DNA of 43,871 bases, from the IMG/VR virus record IMGVR_UViG_2537561979_000006. One strand, given 5' to 3'. Position 1 is the stretch's first letter; each line of letters begins with the position of its first letter. Below the pieces are notes generated by a model. It made no database searches. It worked only from the letters and a program-made list of their open reading frames with translations, and was not told where the DNA came from. This DNA is from a virus (Duplodnaviria > Heunggongvirae > Uroviricota > Caudoviricetes). This document shows positions 1-9,554 of this stretch, one piece after another. A program made the position numbers and the translations under genes.

Positions 1-19
1 CTATTTGATAAATATTAAA

Positions 20-1315
20 TTAATTTTTCATTGCTTCGTTATGGGGCATGGTTGGGGCAAACTCGCTTAACTGTGTATTTAACAAAGCTACCTGTGCATT
101 ATTGTTTTCAGACATCCATTTTCCGTATACCTGAAATACCATTTGCGCATCTGCATGGCCCATCTGGTTTGCTATAAATGCCGGGTTAGCACCAGCTGTC
201 AGCGACCAGCAGGCATAAGTATGTCTCGACTGATATGATTTTCGATGGCGGAGTCCGGCACGTTTTATCGCTGCGTCCCACATCTGCCTTATTGAGTCAA
301 CGGTAAAATGGTCACCATAATTTTTTACTCTCGCTGACACTTCAGGTTGAAAAACAAAGGTGCATTTTTGTTTTTCTGTTCTGCCATACTCTCTGAGGTG
401 AACATCAATGATATGCTCTTTGCTCAGTCTCGTTAATGTCATCTGACTCCGGAGAGCGTCGATTGCTGGCTTAATAAGATGAATGACCCGATTGGTTCCC
501 GCCTGTGTTTTTGGTACCGTGAAACGGTCTTTTGCTAAATTTCTCCTGATCATCATTGTTCCATTTTTCAGATCTATGTCCTCCCATCCAAGTGCACACA
601 GCTCACCAGGGCGAACGCCAGTATAAACAGAAACACACCATAAATTTTTTGCTTGCTGATTTCTGCACGCATCGATAAGACGGATAAATTCTTCCCGCGA
701 AAGAGGATCCGGAATGGTTCTTGATTCCTTTAATGGCGAGATCCCCTTAAACGGATTATCTGCCAGGTAACCGTTATCAACACCAAACTGGAACACGGCG
801 TTAAGATTTGTCATGTAATTAATTACAGTTACAGCCGATCTCCCTGGTTGTGTAACAATATAGTTACTTTTGGGGATCTGGTATCCAGTCAGTAACTCTT
901 TACGAACCTCCAGTAATTTTTCTTTATTAATCGATGAGGCAAGATTTTTTTCACCGATTATGCTCAGGATATTTTTGATGACGGCACGGTATGTGTTGAG
1001 TGATGTTTTGGCGACTTCAGTTTCTTTCAGTGCCAGAAATTTTTCAGCCAGTTCTTTTATGGTTAAATCTTGTCGGGCCTCACCAAATTTTTCCAGATTG
1101 CGTGAGGAGGGAAACTGTTTTGCATAGTCGAAAACACCAGTTTTTATTGCGTAACAAACAGAGGAGCGTAGTTCACCTGCAACGCGCCTGTTTTTTGCTG
1201 TGTCAGGAACCCCCAGATTTTCCCTGACTCTTACGTCTTTATAAACAAACCAGATACGTAATTTCCCTCCATGGTTTTCCACGCCTGTCGGATATTTCAT
1301 TTCAACTTCTCTCAT
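20..1315 (-). CDS. int: Tyrosine-recombinase integrase of the lambdoid prophage
   Basis: 431-aa ORF; C-terminal R..H..R..Y catalytic-box context (HRKSYQSRHTYACW...GHADAQMVFQVYGKW) typical of phage integrases; sits next to an excisionase-like gene at the prophage end. Confidence 0.85.
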   Translation of the reverse strand: MREVEMKYPTGVENHGGKLRIWFVYKDVRVRENLGVPDTAKNRRVAGELRSSVCYAIKTGVFDYAKQFPSSRNLEKFGEARQDLTIKELAEKFLALKETEVAKTSLNTYRAVIKNILSIIGEKNLASSINKEKLLEVRKELLTGYQIPKSNYIVTQPGRSAVTVINYMTNLNAVFQFGVDNGYLADNPFKGISPLKESRTIPDPLSREEFIRLIDACRNQQAKNLWCVSVYTGVRPGELCALGWEDIDLKNGTMMIRRNLAKDRFTVPKTQAGTNRVIHLIKPAIDALRSQMTLTRLSKEHIIDVHLREYGRTEKQKCTFVFQPEVSARVKNYGDHFTVDSIRQMWDAAIKRAGLRHRKSYQSRHTYACWSLTAGANPAFIANQMGHADAQMVFQVYGKWMSENNNAQVALLNTQLSEFAPTMPHNEAMKN

Positions 1316-1334
1316 TAGTTAGTGTGGCTTTTAG

Positions 1335-1586
1335 TCAAGTAAGATGACGTCTTGGTCTCGCTGATGCCTGGCGCTCAATCCAGCGATCAATTTCTTCCAG
1401 GTTGTAAAAGCATGGACTGTTATCCCATGGCATACCGTCATGAGCGACATGCTTATATTCCCTTCCTTCCATAAACGATTTTTCCCGGGCCTTTTTTAAC
1501 GTACCTTTTTTTATTCCTTTCAGCGCAATTAACTGCTCTTCGGATACCCATTTGCCGGGAGAGACAATCATGATTACTTCGCTCAT
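1335..1586 (-). CDS. xis: Excisionase-like DNA-binding protein
   Basis: 83-aa ORF directly upstream of int; GREY-containing segment (MEGREYKHVAHDG) resembles the lambda Xis KDGREYLFHE region. Assignment from memory of the Xis motif. Confidence 0.6.
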   Translation of the reverse strand: MSEVIMIVSPGKWVSEEQLIALKGIKKGTLKKAREKSFMEGREYKHVAHDGMPWDNSPCFYNLEEIDRWIERQASARPRRHLT

Positions 1587-1658
1587 CGATTTCTTTATCT
1601 CTTACATCAGACGAGCGCCGGTTGCAGAATACCAGTCACAACCGGCGACAGTTGAACA

Positions 1659-3788
1659 TTAAGAATCAGCCTGACTCGGGATCAGTTTTTGCCAGATAAC
1701 TGAAACGTATTTTGCCTGGTAACGGGCGTCATCAAGTGCATTATGGCGCTCACCTTCGAATGGAATAGCCGTTCTGGCATCGAAGTCTATGGCTTTCCCC
1801 AGCTCAACGATTGTGCGTACATCGCGATCGTTGTAGTAACGCCACGGGCAGGGGATCCCCTGCCGTTCGTATGAACGGCGCAAAATCGTGTTGTCGAAGT
1901 TGGCTCCATTTCCCCAAACCTGAACAAAAAATTCACCGGAGTTTTCGTCGATAAATTCTCGCAATTGTAACAGTGCATCATCTAACGGGATTTCATCGGT
2001 CATAATGGCAGATTGCGCTTCGCGTGATTGCTTAAGCCACCATTTAATGGTGTCCCGATCAATGACTCCGCCAGCAGTTTCCAGATCGATAGTCTTACTA
2101 AATTCCGGTCCCATATCTCCGGTTTGCGGATCGAAAAATATTGCACCTATTGAGATGATCGGGGCATCAGGATTTTTTCCCATGGTTTCAAGGTCGATCA
2201 TTAGATGGTCACACGTCCTGCTGGTGGATGTGATTTCGTGATGACCGTTCACCTTAATTGGGTGATCTGCCGTCTCGCCAGTTTCATTATCGCTATTGTG
2301 ATGCTGATTGCCGCCAGTGTTCTCCTTGTGTGGATGTTCAGCGCCTTCCATTTCCTCCGGATCATCTTCCTGAACTTCAACCTGATACTCTTCATCGAAT
2401 GTTTCTTGGTATGTTGCGTCGCCCATCACCGCGCCACAATCAGGGCAGTTGCCGCCGCCGGTCTGACCGCAGGCGGTGCAGACTTTTTCCACTTCCTGTT
2501 GCGCTACTGGTTCAGGCTGTTTCGTTTCTGGCTCGTTTTGTAACGCATTTGGACTGTTTTGTTCCGCTTTTTGGTAGTTCCGTTCCGATTCATGCTGGTT
2601 CTGGTTCACAGAATCGCGGGTCTGGAGCCCCTTAACCCATTTCGGATCATTCGGGTCACTAATCCCTTCAACAAATTCACCACGTGATGCAGCAAGCAAC
2701 TTATCGGCGTCAGGCTGGCTGATATTGGCTGCCTGCATAATTTTGTTTACTTCGCCAGCGGTAACTTTTATCGGCTCTGGTTGTTCTGAATCTTCAGCGG
2801 TATCTACATTTTGCGGTAAGCCCGTGTATGTGCCATTTTTTCGGGCAAAATATTCTTCTTTTGTGATTTCAGTGGCGCCAGCAGCCAGTGCCTTATCCAG
2901 ACCAGAGAGTTTGTTTGCGCGACCGTATTTTTCTCCGTCCTTATCTGCGAAGAGGAAATAGAACGGCCCCTCACGCTCTACAGATGGTTCAGCTTCCGGC
3001 GCGGTTTCATTTTTTGGGATATCAGATACCTCAGTTTCCACTGCATCAGTTTGTGTTTCTGATGACTGGAGAACATCAACAGTGCCCAGGTCTGTTTCTT
3101 CATTCTCAAACACGCCCTTTGTCGTCAGGTATTCGCAGATATATTTGTTCAGTGCTACGGGATCTTTGTGAATGTCGATCGGACGCTCACGGACAAGGCC
3201 AAAAATAGTTTGGCGGTCGTAGCGAAGGGCATCAGGCTGTTTGCGCATTGATGCCGAGATACGCTTCCAGTCTTCGCGGTCGTTGTCGATAACTTCTTTT
3301 TTTGCCCAGCGATGGATGCTGCCGTCAATGTTTCCGGCATCCACATCACTAGGCCAGAGAGCGTAGGCCAGTTCGTCATCCAGTGTTTTCCATGTCTGCT
3401 TGTATTCGCGATGAATGGCAGCAATGACCGGGCTGATTTTTCCTGTTGAATTTTCAGTGTACTGTTGATTGGCTCTGGCGCGGGCGAGATCAACAACAGA
3501 CGTGTATTTTCCGGTTTCCTTGCGTTCACCTTCGCGACGTTTTTTCCAGATGCGCATCTCTGCCTGAATTTCGGGCCATTTAGCACCAGGAATACATTTA
3601 TGCTTAACCCACCCAATGGCGTGCAACTTAAGCTCCGGATACATGGCGTTAACTTCTGGCATTTTCATCAACGCTTCAACGATATGTCCGTCGAATGTTG
3701 CCATGTCTTCCTGCAACAATTCCTGTGCGCTAATAACCATAGCGGAACTGTTTGCTGAGAACACCGTGCGGTGTGTTGATGCAAACAA
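1659..3788 (-). CDS. Phage exonuclease with C-terminal DEDDh (DnaQ-like) 3'-5' exonuclease domain and a central Cys4 zinc ribbon
   Basis: 709-aa ORF; C-terminal MIDLETMG...FDNTIL...HNALDDARY motifs match Exo I/II/III of DnaQ-type exonucleases; CTACGQTGGGNCPDCG zinc ribbon; acidic low-complexity linker. Confidence 0.7.
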   Translation of the reverse strand: MFASTHRTVFSANSSAMVISAQELLQEDMATFDGHIVEALMKMPEVNAMYPELKLHAIGWVKHKCIPGAKWPEIQAEMRIWKKRREGERKETGKYTSVVDLARARANQQYTENSTGKISPVIAAIHREYKQTWKTLDDELAYALWPSDVDAGNIDGSIHRWAKKEVIDNDREDWKRISASMRKQPDALRYDRQTIFGLVRERPIDIHKDPVALNKYICEYLTTKGVFENEETDLGTVDVLQSSETQTDAVETEVSDIPKNETAPEAEPSVEREGPFYFLFADKDGEKYGRANKLSGLDKALAAGATEITKEEYFARKNGTYTGLPQNVDTAEDSEQPEPIKVTAGEVNKIMQAANISQPDADKLLAASRGEFVEGISDPNDPKWVKGLQTRDSVNQNQHESERNYQKAEQNSPNALQNEPETKQPEPVAQQEVEKVCTACGQTGGGNCPDCGAVMGDATYQETFDEEYQVEVQEDDPEEMEGAEHPHKENTGGNQHHNSDNETGETADHPIKVNGHHEITSTSRTCDHLMIDLETMGKNPDAPIISIGAIFFDPQTGDMGPEFSKTIDLETAGGVIDRDTIKWWLKQSREAQSAIMTDEIPLDDALLQLREFIDENSGEFFVQVWGNGANFDNTILRRSYERQGIPCPWRYYNDRDVRTIVELGKAIDFDARTAIPFEGERHNALDDARYQAKYVSVIWQKLIPSQADS

Positions 3789-3876
3789 GATTAGCCATGA
3801 CTAACATATCGGTCAAGTGATTTTGTATGCTATAGCTAACATAATTGATGTGGTAAAAGATAACTCATTGATGATG

Positions 3877-4283
3877 TTATCTTTTATTTGTCCGCTGACG
3901 GGCTTTTAGTAATTCTTCAAAGAGTTTATTGAAGTTTTTTACTCGAGCTCGCATTTCGGCGAGCTGGGTATCCTGTTCTGATTCTGGCAGTGCATTAAAC
4001 AGCTCAAGGAGCTCTAGTTCTTTGGGGGATAAGGTAACTGGCTTCTCAACAGGTGGTGTTGGTTGCTTGTCTTCATCGCCAAATAGAATCCATGTTGGTG
4101 AGCATTGCAATACTTTGCTGAGGGCAAAAAGGTTCTTCCCTGTAGGTTCACTATCACCCCGTTCCCATTGTGATACAGACACATGGGAGATTTTCAGGGC
4201 TTTAGCAAGAGACCTTTGGGTGTGTTTGAGGTTTTTCCGACGATACCTGATGCGTTCGCCGATAGTTAAATTTTTGTTTCCAT
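3877..4283 (-). CDS. dicA: DicA-like XRE-family repressor, apparently frameshifted near the N-terminus
   Basis: ORF from GTG at 4182 encodes the HTH core and C-terminus (SLAKALKISHVSVSQWERG...). The expected N-terminus METKNLTIGERIRYRRKNLKHTQ is encoded upstream from the ATG at 4283-4281, but in a different frame; a T5 run at 4271-4275 (A5 on the coding strand) would need one more base to restore it. Confidence 0.75.
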
Positions 4284-4285
4284 AG

Positions 4286-4350
4286 TTAGCTAATGCTAAA
4301 TCGTATTGACTATGTTTTTGTTAACATCTATCTTGTTAGTTATGACTAAC
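4286..4350. promoter_or_regulatory. dicA/dicC divergent promoter-operator region with two palindromes
   Basis: Inverted repeats TTAGC-taat-GCTAA (4286-4299) and GTTAGT-tatg-ACTAAC (4335-4350) lie between the divergent repressor and cro-like genes. Confidence 0.55.
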
Positions 4351-4366
4351 AATAAAGGTGTTTTAA

Positions 4367-4597
4367 ATGCTTAAAACTGACGCTCTTTTGTATTTCGGTT
4401 CAAAAACAAAACTTGCACAAGCAGCAGGTATTCGTTTGGCTTCGCTTTATAGCTGGAAAGGGGATTTAGTTCCCGAAGGTCGCGCGATGCGTCTACAGGA
4501 GGCATCTGGCGGGGAGCTTCAGTATGATCCCAAAGTTTATGATGAATATCGTAAGACGAAGCGGGCGGGGCGGTTGAACAATGAAAATCACTCCTGA
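4367..4597 (+). CDS. dicC: Cro-like HTH regulator DicC
   Basis: 76-aa ORF divergent from dicA; HTH segment SKTKLAQAAGIRLASLYSWKG; matches the DicC sequence and length as I recall them. Confidence 0.8.
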   Translation: MLKTDALLYFGSKTKLAQAAGIRLASLYSWKGDLVPEGRAMRLQEASGGELQYDPKVYDEYRKTKRAGRLNNENHS

Positions 4598-4916
4598 ACA
4601 GGCTCGTGAGGCTCTGGATGCCTGGATATGTCGACCAGGAATGACACAGGAGCAGTGGCGATGTATACAACTCCGGCTACGGGTTATTCCCCTCTGAACA
4701 GGCGCGTAAGGACTGGCAAAACGCCCGCAAAAAACTCTCGAGGGCAAAGGTGAAGAAACCTGCTGTGGTTGATCCGGACCTTATCTGGTCATCACCTGAC
4801 GGAGAAATACGTCGCTACGACAGTCGCCTAAACATAATCTGTCGCGAGTGCCGGAAGAGCGAAGTTATGCAGCGCATACTGGCTTTCTATCAGGGTAATT
4901 TTCAGGACGTGGCGCA

Positions 4917-5273
4917 GTGAGTGCACCGGCAACCATTCTTGATATGTGCTGTGGCAGCCGCATGTTCTGGTTCGATAAGTCTGACGAACGGGCGATATTC
5001 AGCGATATCAGAAAAGAAGGATACACATTACGCAATGGGAGACGCTTGATTATCAGCCCTGACATTATCGCAGATTTTCGTGCATTATCATTTGCAGACG
5101 CATCTTTTTCGATGGTTGTATTAGACCCTCCGCATCTTGAGAGTGTTGGTGATAACGCCTGGATGGGAAAGAAATATGGACGGCTGAATAAAGATGCCTG
5201 GCGTGATGATTCGCGACAGAGATTTAAAGAAGCCTTTCGGGTGTTGAGGCCGCACGGCGTTCTGATTTTTTAA
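4917..5273 (+). pseudogene. N-terminal fragment of a DNA (N6-adenine-type) methyltransferase
   Basis: 118-aa ORF with a DPPH motif (VVLDPPHLES, motif IV-like) and a Gly/Cys-rich SAM-motif-like segment (LDMCCGSRMFWFD), ending prematurely; followed by ~1 kb of fragmented reading frames. Confidence 0.4.
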
Positions 5274-6425
5274 TGGAATGAAACGCAAATACCGGTAAGC
5301 CAGATTCTGGCACTGACAGACAGAAAACCTGTTATCTGTCAACGAACAGGGAAAAAACGATAAAACCCACTGGATTATTTTTATGAAAGAGGCATCCAGT
5401 GAGTAGATTCGTAAGGCTACAGATACGTATATCTGAATAATTAAATTCAGTTCTGTAAATAAAATTTAATCCTTAACCGGATGGATTTCTGCACCCTCAG
5501 AACATCAGGAGGCCGCCCGAAAGGGCGGTAGTGAAATGCGAAAGTTCAAAATTATTATTGAAACGGGAATAGCTGGTGGAGATTTTGAGGATGTATTCGA
5601 AGTGGACGATGACGCAACACCTGAGGAAATTCATGACGGAGCATAAGAAATTTTCTTTAACTACTGCAATTACTCATACCACGAAATAAAAGACGATGAG
5701 GAAGAACAAAGTGGCTGATTTTTGTTCAGCTAAATATAACATCAGTTTTGAAGAGCGGGATGAACTATTAATGGACTATGGTGAGTTACGCGGTGGAAGT
5801 GCTGCTGATGTCGAATCCTAGCGTGATGACTATGAAGCGGGAAAAACTCCGGTCGAAGCATATTGTGATGAGTGGGGCGATGAATGAGCGAGATTAATTA
5901 TCAGGAAGGGCATGAAACGGCGGGGCAAGCAAAACCAGTGGCATGGCGATATCGCTACGTGAAAAAAGGCGTTACGGACTTTCAGGGGAAGTAGTGGTCT
6001 GGTGACTGGAAATATGTACCGAAAAAAGAGGATTGTAACGACAGGCCGAACTATCAAATTCAGGCCTTATTCACTGCCTCACCAGTCCCAGTTACATCAG
6101 AAGAACTGGTTAAAGCTGTGCACTTTTATGAACAACTAAAACGCGAAAATCCACCAACATCCGGCAACTAGATTAATGGATTAACTATGTCGGTTAAACG
6201 ACCAGCCAACTGAAAAAGCGGAAACCTGATTACAGGTTGCCAGATAAGGCAATGAGCTACCTGGCGCGGAACGGACTGATAAGTATGGGGAATGTTTTAC
6301 GATGAACCTTTAGACTAAAGAGTTTGTAACGCTATGTAAGTGATTTTTTCTGGTTTAGATATTTATATGTCCGGCCAAATTGAGGTGTGTTTAAATGTAA
6401 TTGCACATTGATTGTAGGAGGAATA

Positions 6426-6605
6426 ATGAAAAACGCATTGCAGTTTTTGTTTGTTGCGTTCTGGTTGTTCGCATCATGTATGCCCATCATCTTCACAGCA
6501 AGGTATATGGAAAAAGTTGATGTTTTGATATTAATATTTGGATATATAAATGCCCTTTTTTTAGGGGTGTTCATGGCGGTCATGTGCATTGAATACTGGC
6601 GGTAA
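6426..6605 (+). CDS. Small hydrophobic two-TM protein (59 aa)
   Basis: Strong RBS (TAGGAGGAATA) before the ATG at 6426; two hydrophobic stretches; AT-rich; function unknown. Confidence 0.45.
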   Translation: MKNALQFLFVAFWLFASCMPIIFTARYMEKVDVLILIFGYINALFLGVFMAVMCIEYWR

Positions 6606-6859
6606 ATACAGCGAACTCCATTGGTTTAGTTGGATATTTACTGTGCTGGACAAAAACGGTTTGCGGGGAAATCTTAGTTAAGTAGAATGACTGCGGGTGC
6701 TTGAGGCTATCTGCCTCGGGCATGGACACCAACGGCAGATAGAGAAAAGCCCCAGTTAACATTACGCGTCCTGCAAGACGCTTAACATTAATCTGAGGCC
6801 AATTTCATGCTAGACACATGTAGGTTAGCCTCTTACGTGCCGAAAGGCACGGAGAAGCA

Positions 6860-8300
6860 GGCTATTGTTAACACCAAGCTGTAATGTCCCCTTTGAACCA
6901 TTCTAAAATGTCCCCAGACAATTCTCTGGGGGATTTTTCATGATCAAAGAGACTGTTACGATGAGTCATAAGGAACTCCACCGACTTCAGATTATTCAGG
7001 AACAAGCTGCGGCACGCATTGGCATTTCTATTCGGCAGGTTAAACGTCTGGTGCAACGGTATAGAAATGAAGGGCCTTCTGGTCTGGTTTCCCACCGACG
7101 TGGAAAGCGTCCTAATAATTCCTTTTCTACTGAATTCAGAGCAACAGTAATTTCACTCCTCAAAGGCCGTTACGCTGATTTTGGACCTACGTTTGCGTGC
7201 GAAAAATTGCGCGAGATACACGGTTTATCTTTATCCGTTGAAACTCTCAGAAAGTGGATGATAGAAGAGGGGTTATGGCGTGAACGCCGTCGTAAAATTG
7301 CCCGTATATATCAACGCCGCATGCGACGACCATCTTACGGTGAACTGATCCAGATTGATGGCTCACCTCATGACTGGTTTGAAAATCGAGGCCCCAGATG
7401 TACACTGATCGTTTTCATTGATGATGCCACCAGTGCGTTGATGGCGTTGCGTTTTGTGCCTGCTGAAACAACCCGGGCTTACATGGAAACCCTCCGGGGT
7501 TACCTTAATGATCATGGCGTACCGCTCGCTCTCTACTCTGATAGACACAGTATATTCAGGGTAAATAACCCAGAGCGGGAAGGTGAGCTGACCCAGTTCA
7601 CTCGTGCGATAAAGACACTGGGCATCGAGCCAATCCATGCCAACAGCCCGCAGGCAAAAGGGCGGGTAGAGCGCGCCAATCAGACACTACAGGACAGGCT
7701 GGTCAAAGAAATGCGGCTTCAGAATATCAGTGATATTGAAACAGCAAATGCATGGTTGCCGACCTTTATTGAAGCCTATAACAACCGGTTCGCTACGTCG
7801 CCTCGTACTACTGATAATGCTCATCTTGATGTGCACCATTCTGAAGAGGAACTGGGTTATATCTTCAGCCTACAGGCGAAGCGCGTTCTGTCTAAAAATC
7901 TCACTTTCCAGTACAAAAGCAGTGCGTTTCAGGTACGCAGTGAGGGCCGGGGATATCGACTTAGGCATTCGGTTGTTACTGTATGCGAGAACTTTGACGG
8001 TGAAATTAACGTTCTGTATGACGGGAAAGCGCTGGGCTGGGAAAAGTATGTTGATGGCCCGGAGCCTATACCACTGGATGATGAAAAGAGTGTCCATGAA
8101 CGAGTGGATAATGCCCGTATTGATTTACGCTCAAAATACTATGTTAAACCTAAAGCTGACCATCCCTGGCTTACGCGCCGAACGCAAAGTCATCAGCAAG
8201 TTAAGCCCCCGAAGTTACCTAAAAAGAAGCCTGATCCCGATAAAAAAGATTGAAACCAAGATCGATTCGGTTGAGTGCATATCCATTCATAGGGTAGATT
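6860..8300 (+). mobile_element. Insertion sequence carrying the DDE transposase; boundaries approximate
   Basis: Single transposase gene interrupting the Qin-like region between the dicC side and flxA; terminal inverted repeats could not be resolved by eye. Confidence 0.4.
6940..8253 (+). CDS. DDE transposase (rve/integrase-core type; ISNCY/IS1202-group-like or IS481-like)
   Basis: 437-aa ORF with N-terminal HTH (IGISIRQVKRLVQRYRNEGPSGL), DDE-like residues in IQIDGSPHDW / LYSDRHSIF / ERANQTLQDRL, and a basic C-terminal tail. Family assignment is tentative. Confidence 0.75.
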   Translation: MIKETVTMSHKELHRLQIIQEQAAARIGISIRQVKRLVQRYRNEGPSGLVSHRRGKRPNNSFSTEFRATVISLLKGRYADFGPTFACEKLREIHGLSLSVETLRKWMIEEGLWRERRRKIARIYQRRMRRPSYGELIQIDGSPHDWFENRGPRCTLIVFIDDATSALMALRFVPAETTRAYMETLRGYLNDHGVPLALYSDRHSIFRVNNPEREGELTQFTRAIKTLGIEPIHANSPQAKGRVERANQTLQDRLVKEMRLQNISDIETANAWLPTFIEAYNNRFATSPRTTDNAHLDVHHSEEELGYIFSLQAKRVLSKNLTFQYKSSAFQVRSEGRGYRLRHSVVTVCENFDGEINVLYDGKALGWEKYVDGPEPIPLDDEKSVHERVDNARIDLRSKYYVKPKADHPWLTRRTQSHQQVKPPKLPKKKPDPDKKD

Positions 8301-8689
8301 CTTAAGTCGCGTTTCTGGTGTTCATTTTCGGGTGGTTTGTTACTTGTTTTACCGGGGATATGCCAGAAACGCGCTGAGTCAGTCTGGGCGGTGCGCGTAA
8401 TGAGGCGTTATGGTAAATAGCCTATGCTAATGTCCGCTAAGAGCAAGAAGCGGAAGTTGGCAGTTTTGTGGACTGTCCCCACAAAAGTGACTACAGAAAT
8501 AGTTGCAATTCATAATTGATCATGGGTTGTCAGTTAAACTCGTGGCGATTTAAATAGACTAATTGGGAGTGCGTCCATTACTTATATCTTGTAATGTTAA
8601 CTATCAGAAATGATACAAAGATAATATGTCTTTAAAGAAAAGGCTGATGGCGAAAAGTGGCCCGATGAGGGCCACAATACGGCTGTCAC

Positions 8690-9022
8690 TTAGACGTAAA
8701 TATCAATGGTGCCAGCGGTATTTGTATCGTCTTTTTTCTCTTCTTTTTTATCAGGCTGAACTGTCGCGTCTTCATTCTTTTTCTCTGCCTGCTGCCTTAA
8801 CAACTGCTCCAGTTGAGCCCAGAGGCTTTCAATTTGCTTCTGTACCAATGCAGCCATTTCTTTTTTCTGCTGTGTCGTCATCCCCTCTTCCGATGAGATT
8901 TTCCCAAGCTTTTCAGTCAGCACCTGAATTTGTCTTGTGATTTTGGCTATTTCTGATGTTCCTTCCGGGGCGGAGTTGTTTGAAATAACGGTTGAGGTAT
9001 TTCCCTGAATTGTGACAGACAT
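8690..9022 (-). CDS. flxA: FlxA-like protein
   Basis: 110-aa coiled-coil, lysine/glutamate-rich protein in the position flxA occupies next to ydfV/relB in Qin; preceded by a sigma-28-type promoter. Confidence 0.65.
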   Translation of the reverse strand: MSVTIQGNTSTVISNNSAPEGTSEIAKITRQIQVLTEKLGKISSEEGMTTQQKKEMAALVQKQIESLWAQLEQLLRQQAEKKNEDATVQPDKKEEKKDDTNTAGTIDIYV

Positions 9023-9045
9023 AGATTTCTCCTTTTAAAAAAGCA

Positions 9046-9072
9046 CTATCGGCATGCACAAAAAAATCTTTA
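9046..9072 (-). promoter_or_regulatory. Sigma-28 (FliA)-type promoter for flxA
   Basis: On the minus strand reads TAAAGATT-N11-GCCGATAG, against the consensus TAAAGTTT-N11-GCCGATAA, about 25-50 bp upstream of the flxA start. Confidence 0.6.
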
Positions 9073-9224
9073 ATCGTATTTCTTGTGTCATTAATTGTTT
9101 GATGTTCAGATTGTTTTCCTCGCGGGCTGGCGCGCCTCAGAAAGTAAAGCTTGTTGACAGGGGTAAACGTTCGGCAATAATTTTCTGCCGCATGCGGGTG
9201 TTGCATAAAACGTGTTACGTTCCT

Positions 9225-9530
9225 TTATCGACAGGTCAGGTCACCGCTCACCCGCCGACGAGAAAGCAACACTGACATGCTAAAGCAAAAAATAGATGAA
9301 TAAGTTGAGTTGTGCATATGTAGCCTGACCGTCACAAAGTATATGGTGTCTGTACCAGTAAGATGATGGCCGGACTCTTTAAAAACGAGCTGACCTGCAC
9401 AATACAGGATGGACTTAGCAATGGCTGCTCCTGGCACAAAGCGGACAGTGATCACCGTTCTTACGACTACTTTCTGACTTCCTTCGTGACTTGCCCTAAG
9501 CATGTTGTAGTGCGATACTTGTAATGACAT
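9225..9530 (-). CDS. YdfV-like hypothetical protein
   Basis: 101-aa ORF between flxA and relB, where ydfV sits in Qin; no recognisable domain. Confidence 0.4.
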   Translation of the reverse strand: MSLQVSHYNMLRASHEGSQKVVVRTVITVRFVPGAAIAKSILYCAGQLVFKESGHHLTGTDTIYFVTVRLHMHNSTYSSIFCFSMSVLLSRRRVSGDLTCR

Positions 9531-9545
9531 TTGTAATTACAAGAG
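9518..9545 (+). promoter_or_regulatory. relBE operator/promoter (relO-like TTGTAAT repeats)
   Basis: CTTGTAATgacaTTTGTAATTACAAG repeat/palindrome immediately upstream of the relB start. Confidence 0.55.
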
Positions 9546-9554
9546 GTGTAAGAC

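Noticed and set aside
2205-2635. Overlapping plus-strand ORFs (112 and 125 aa) within the exonuclease gene
   Set aside because: Antisense or out-of-frame to a well-supported 709-aa gene.
6860-8600. Terminal inverted repeats and target-site duplication of the IS
   Set aside because: Only short ambiguous matches (TGTCCCC motifs in direct orientation) were found; this is not sufficient to call the ends.
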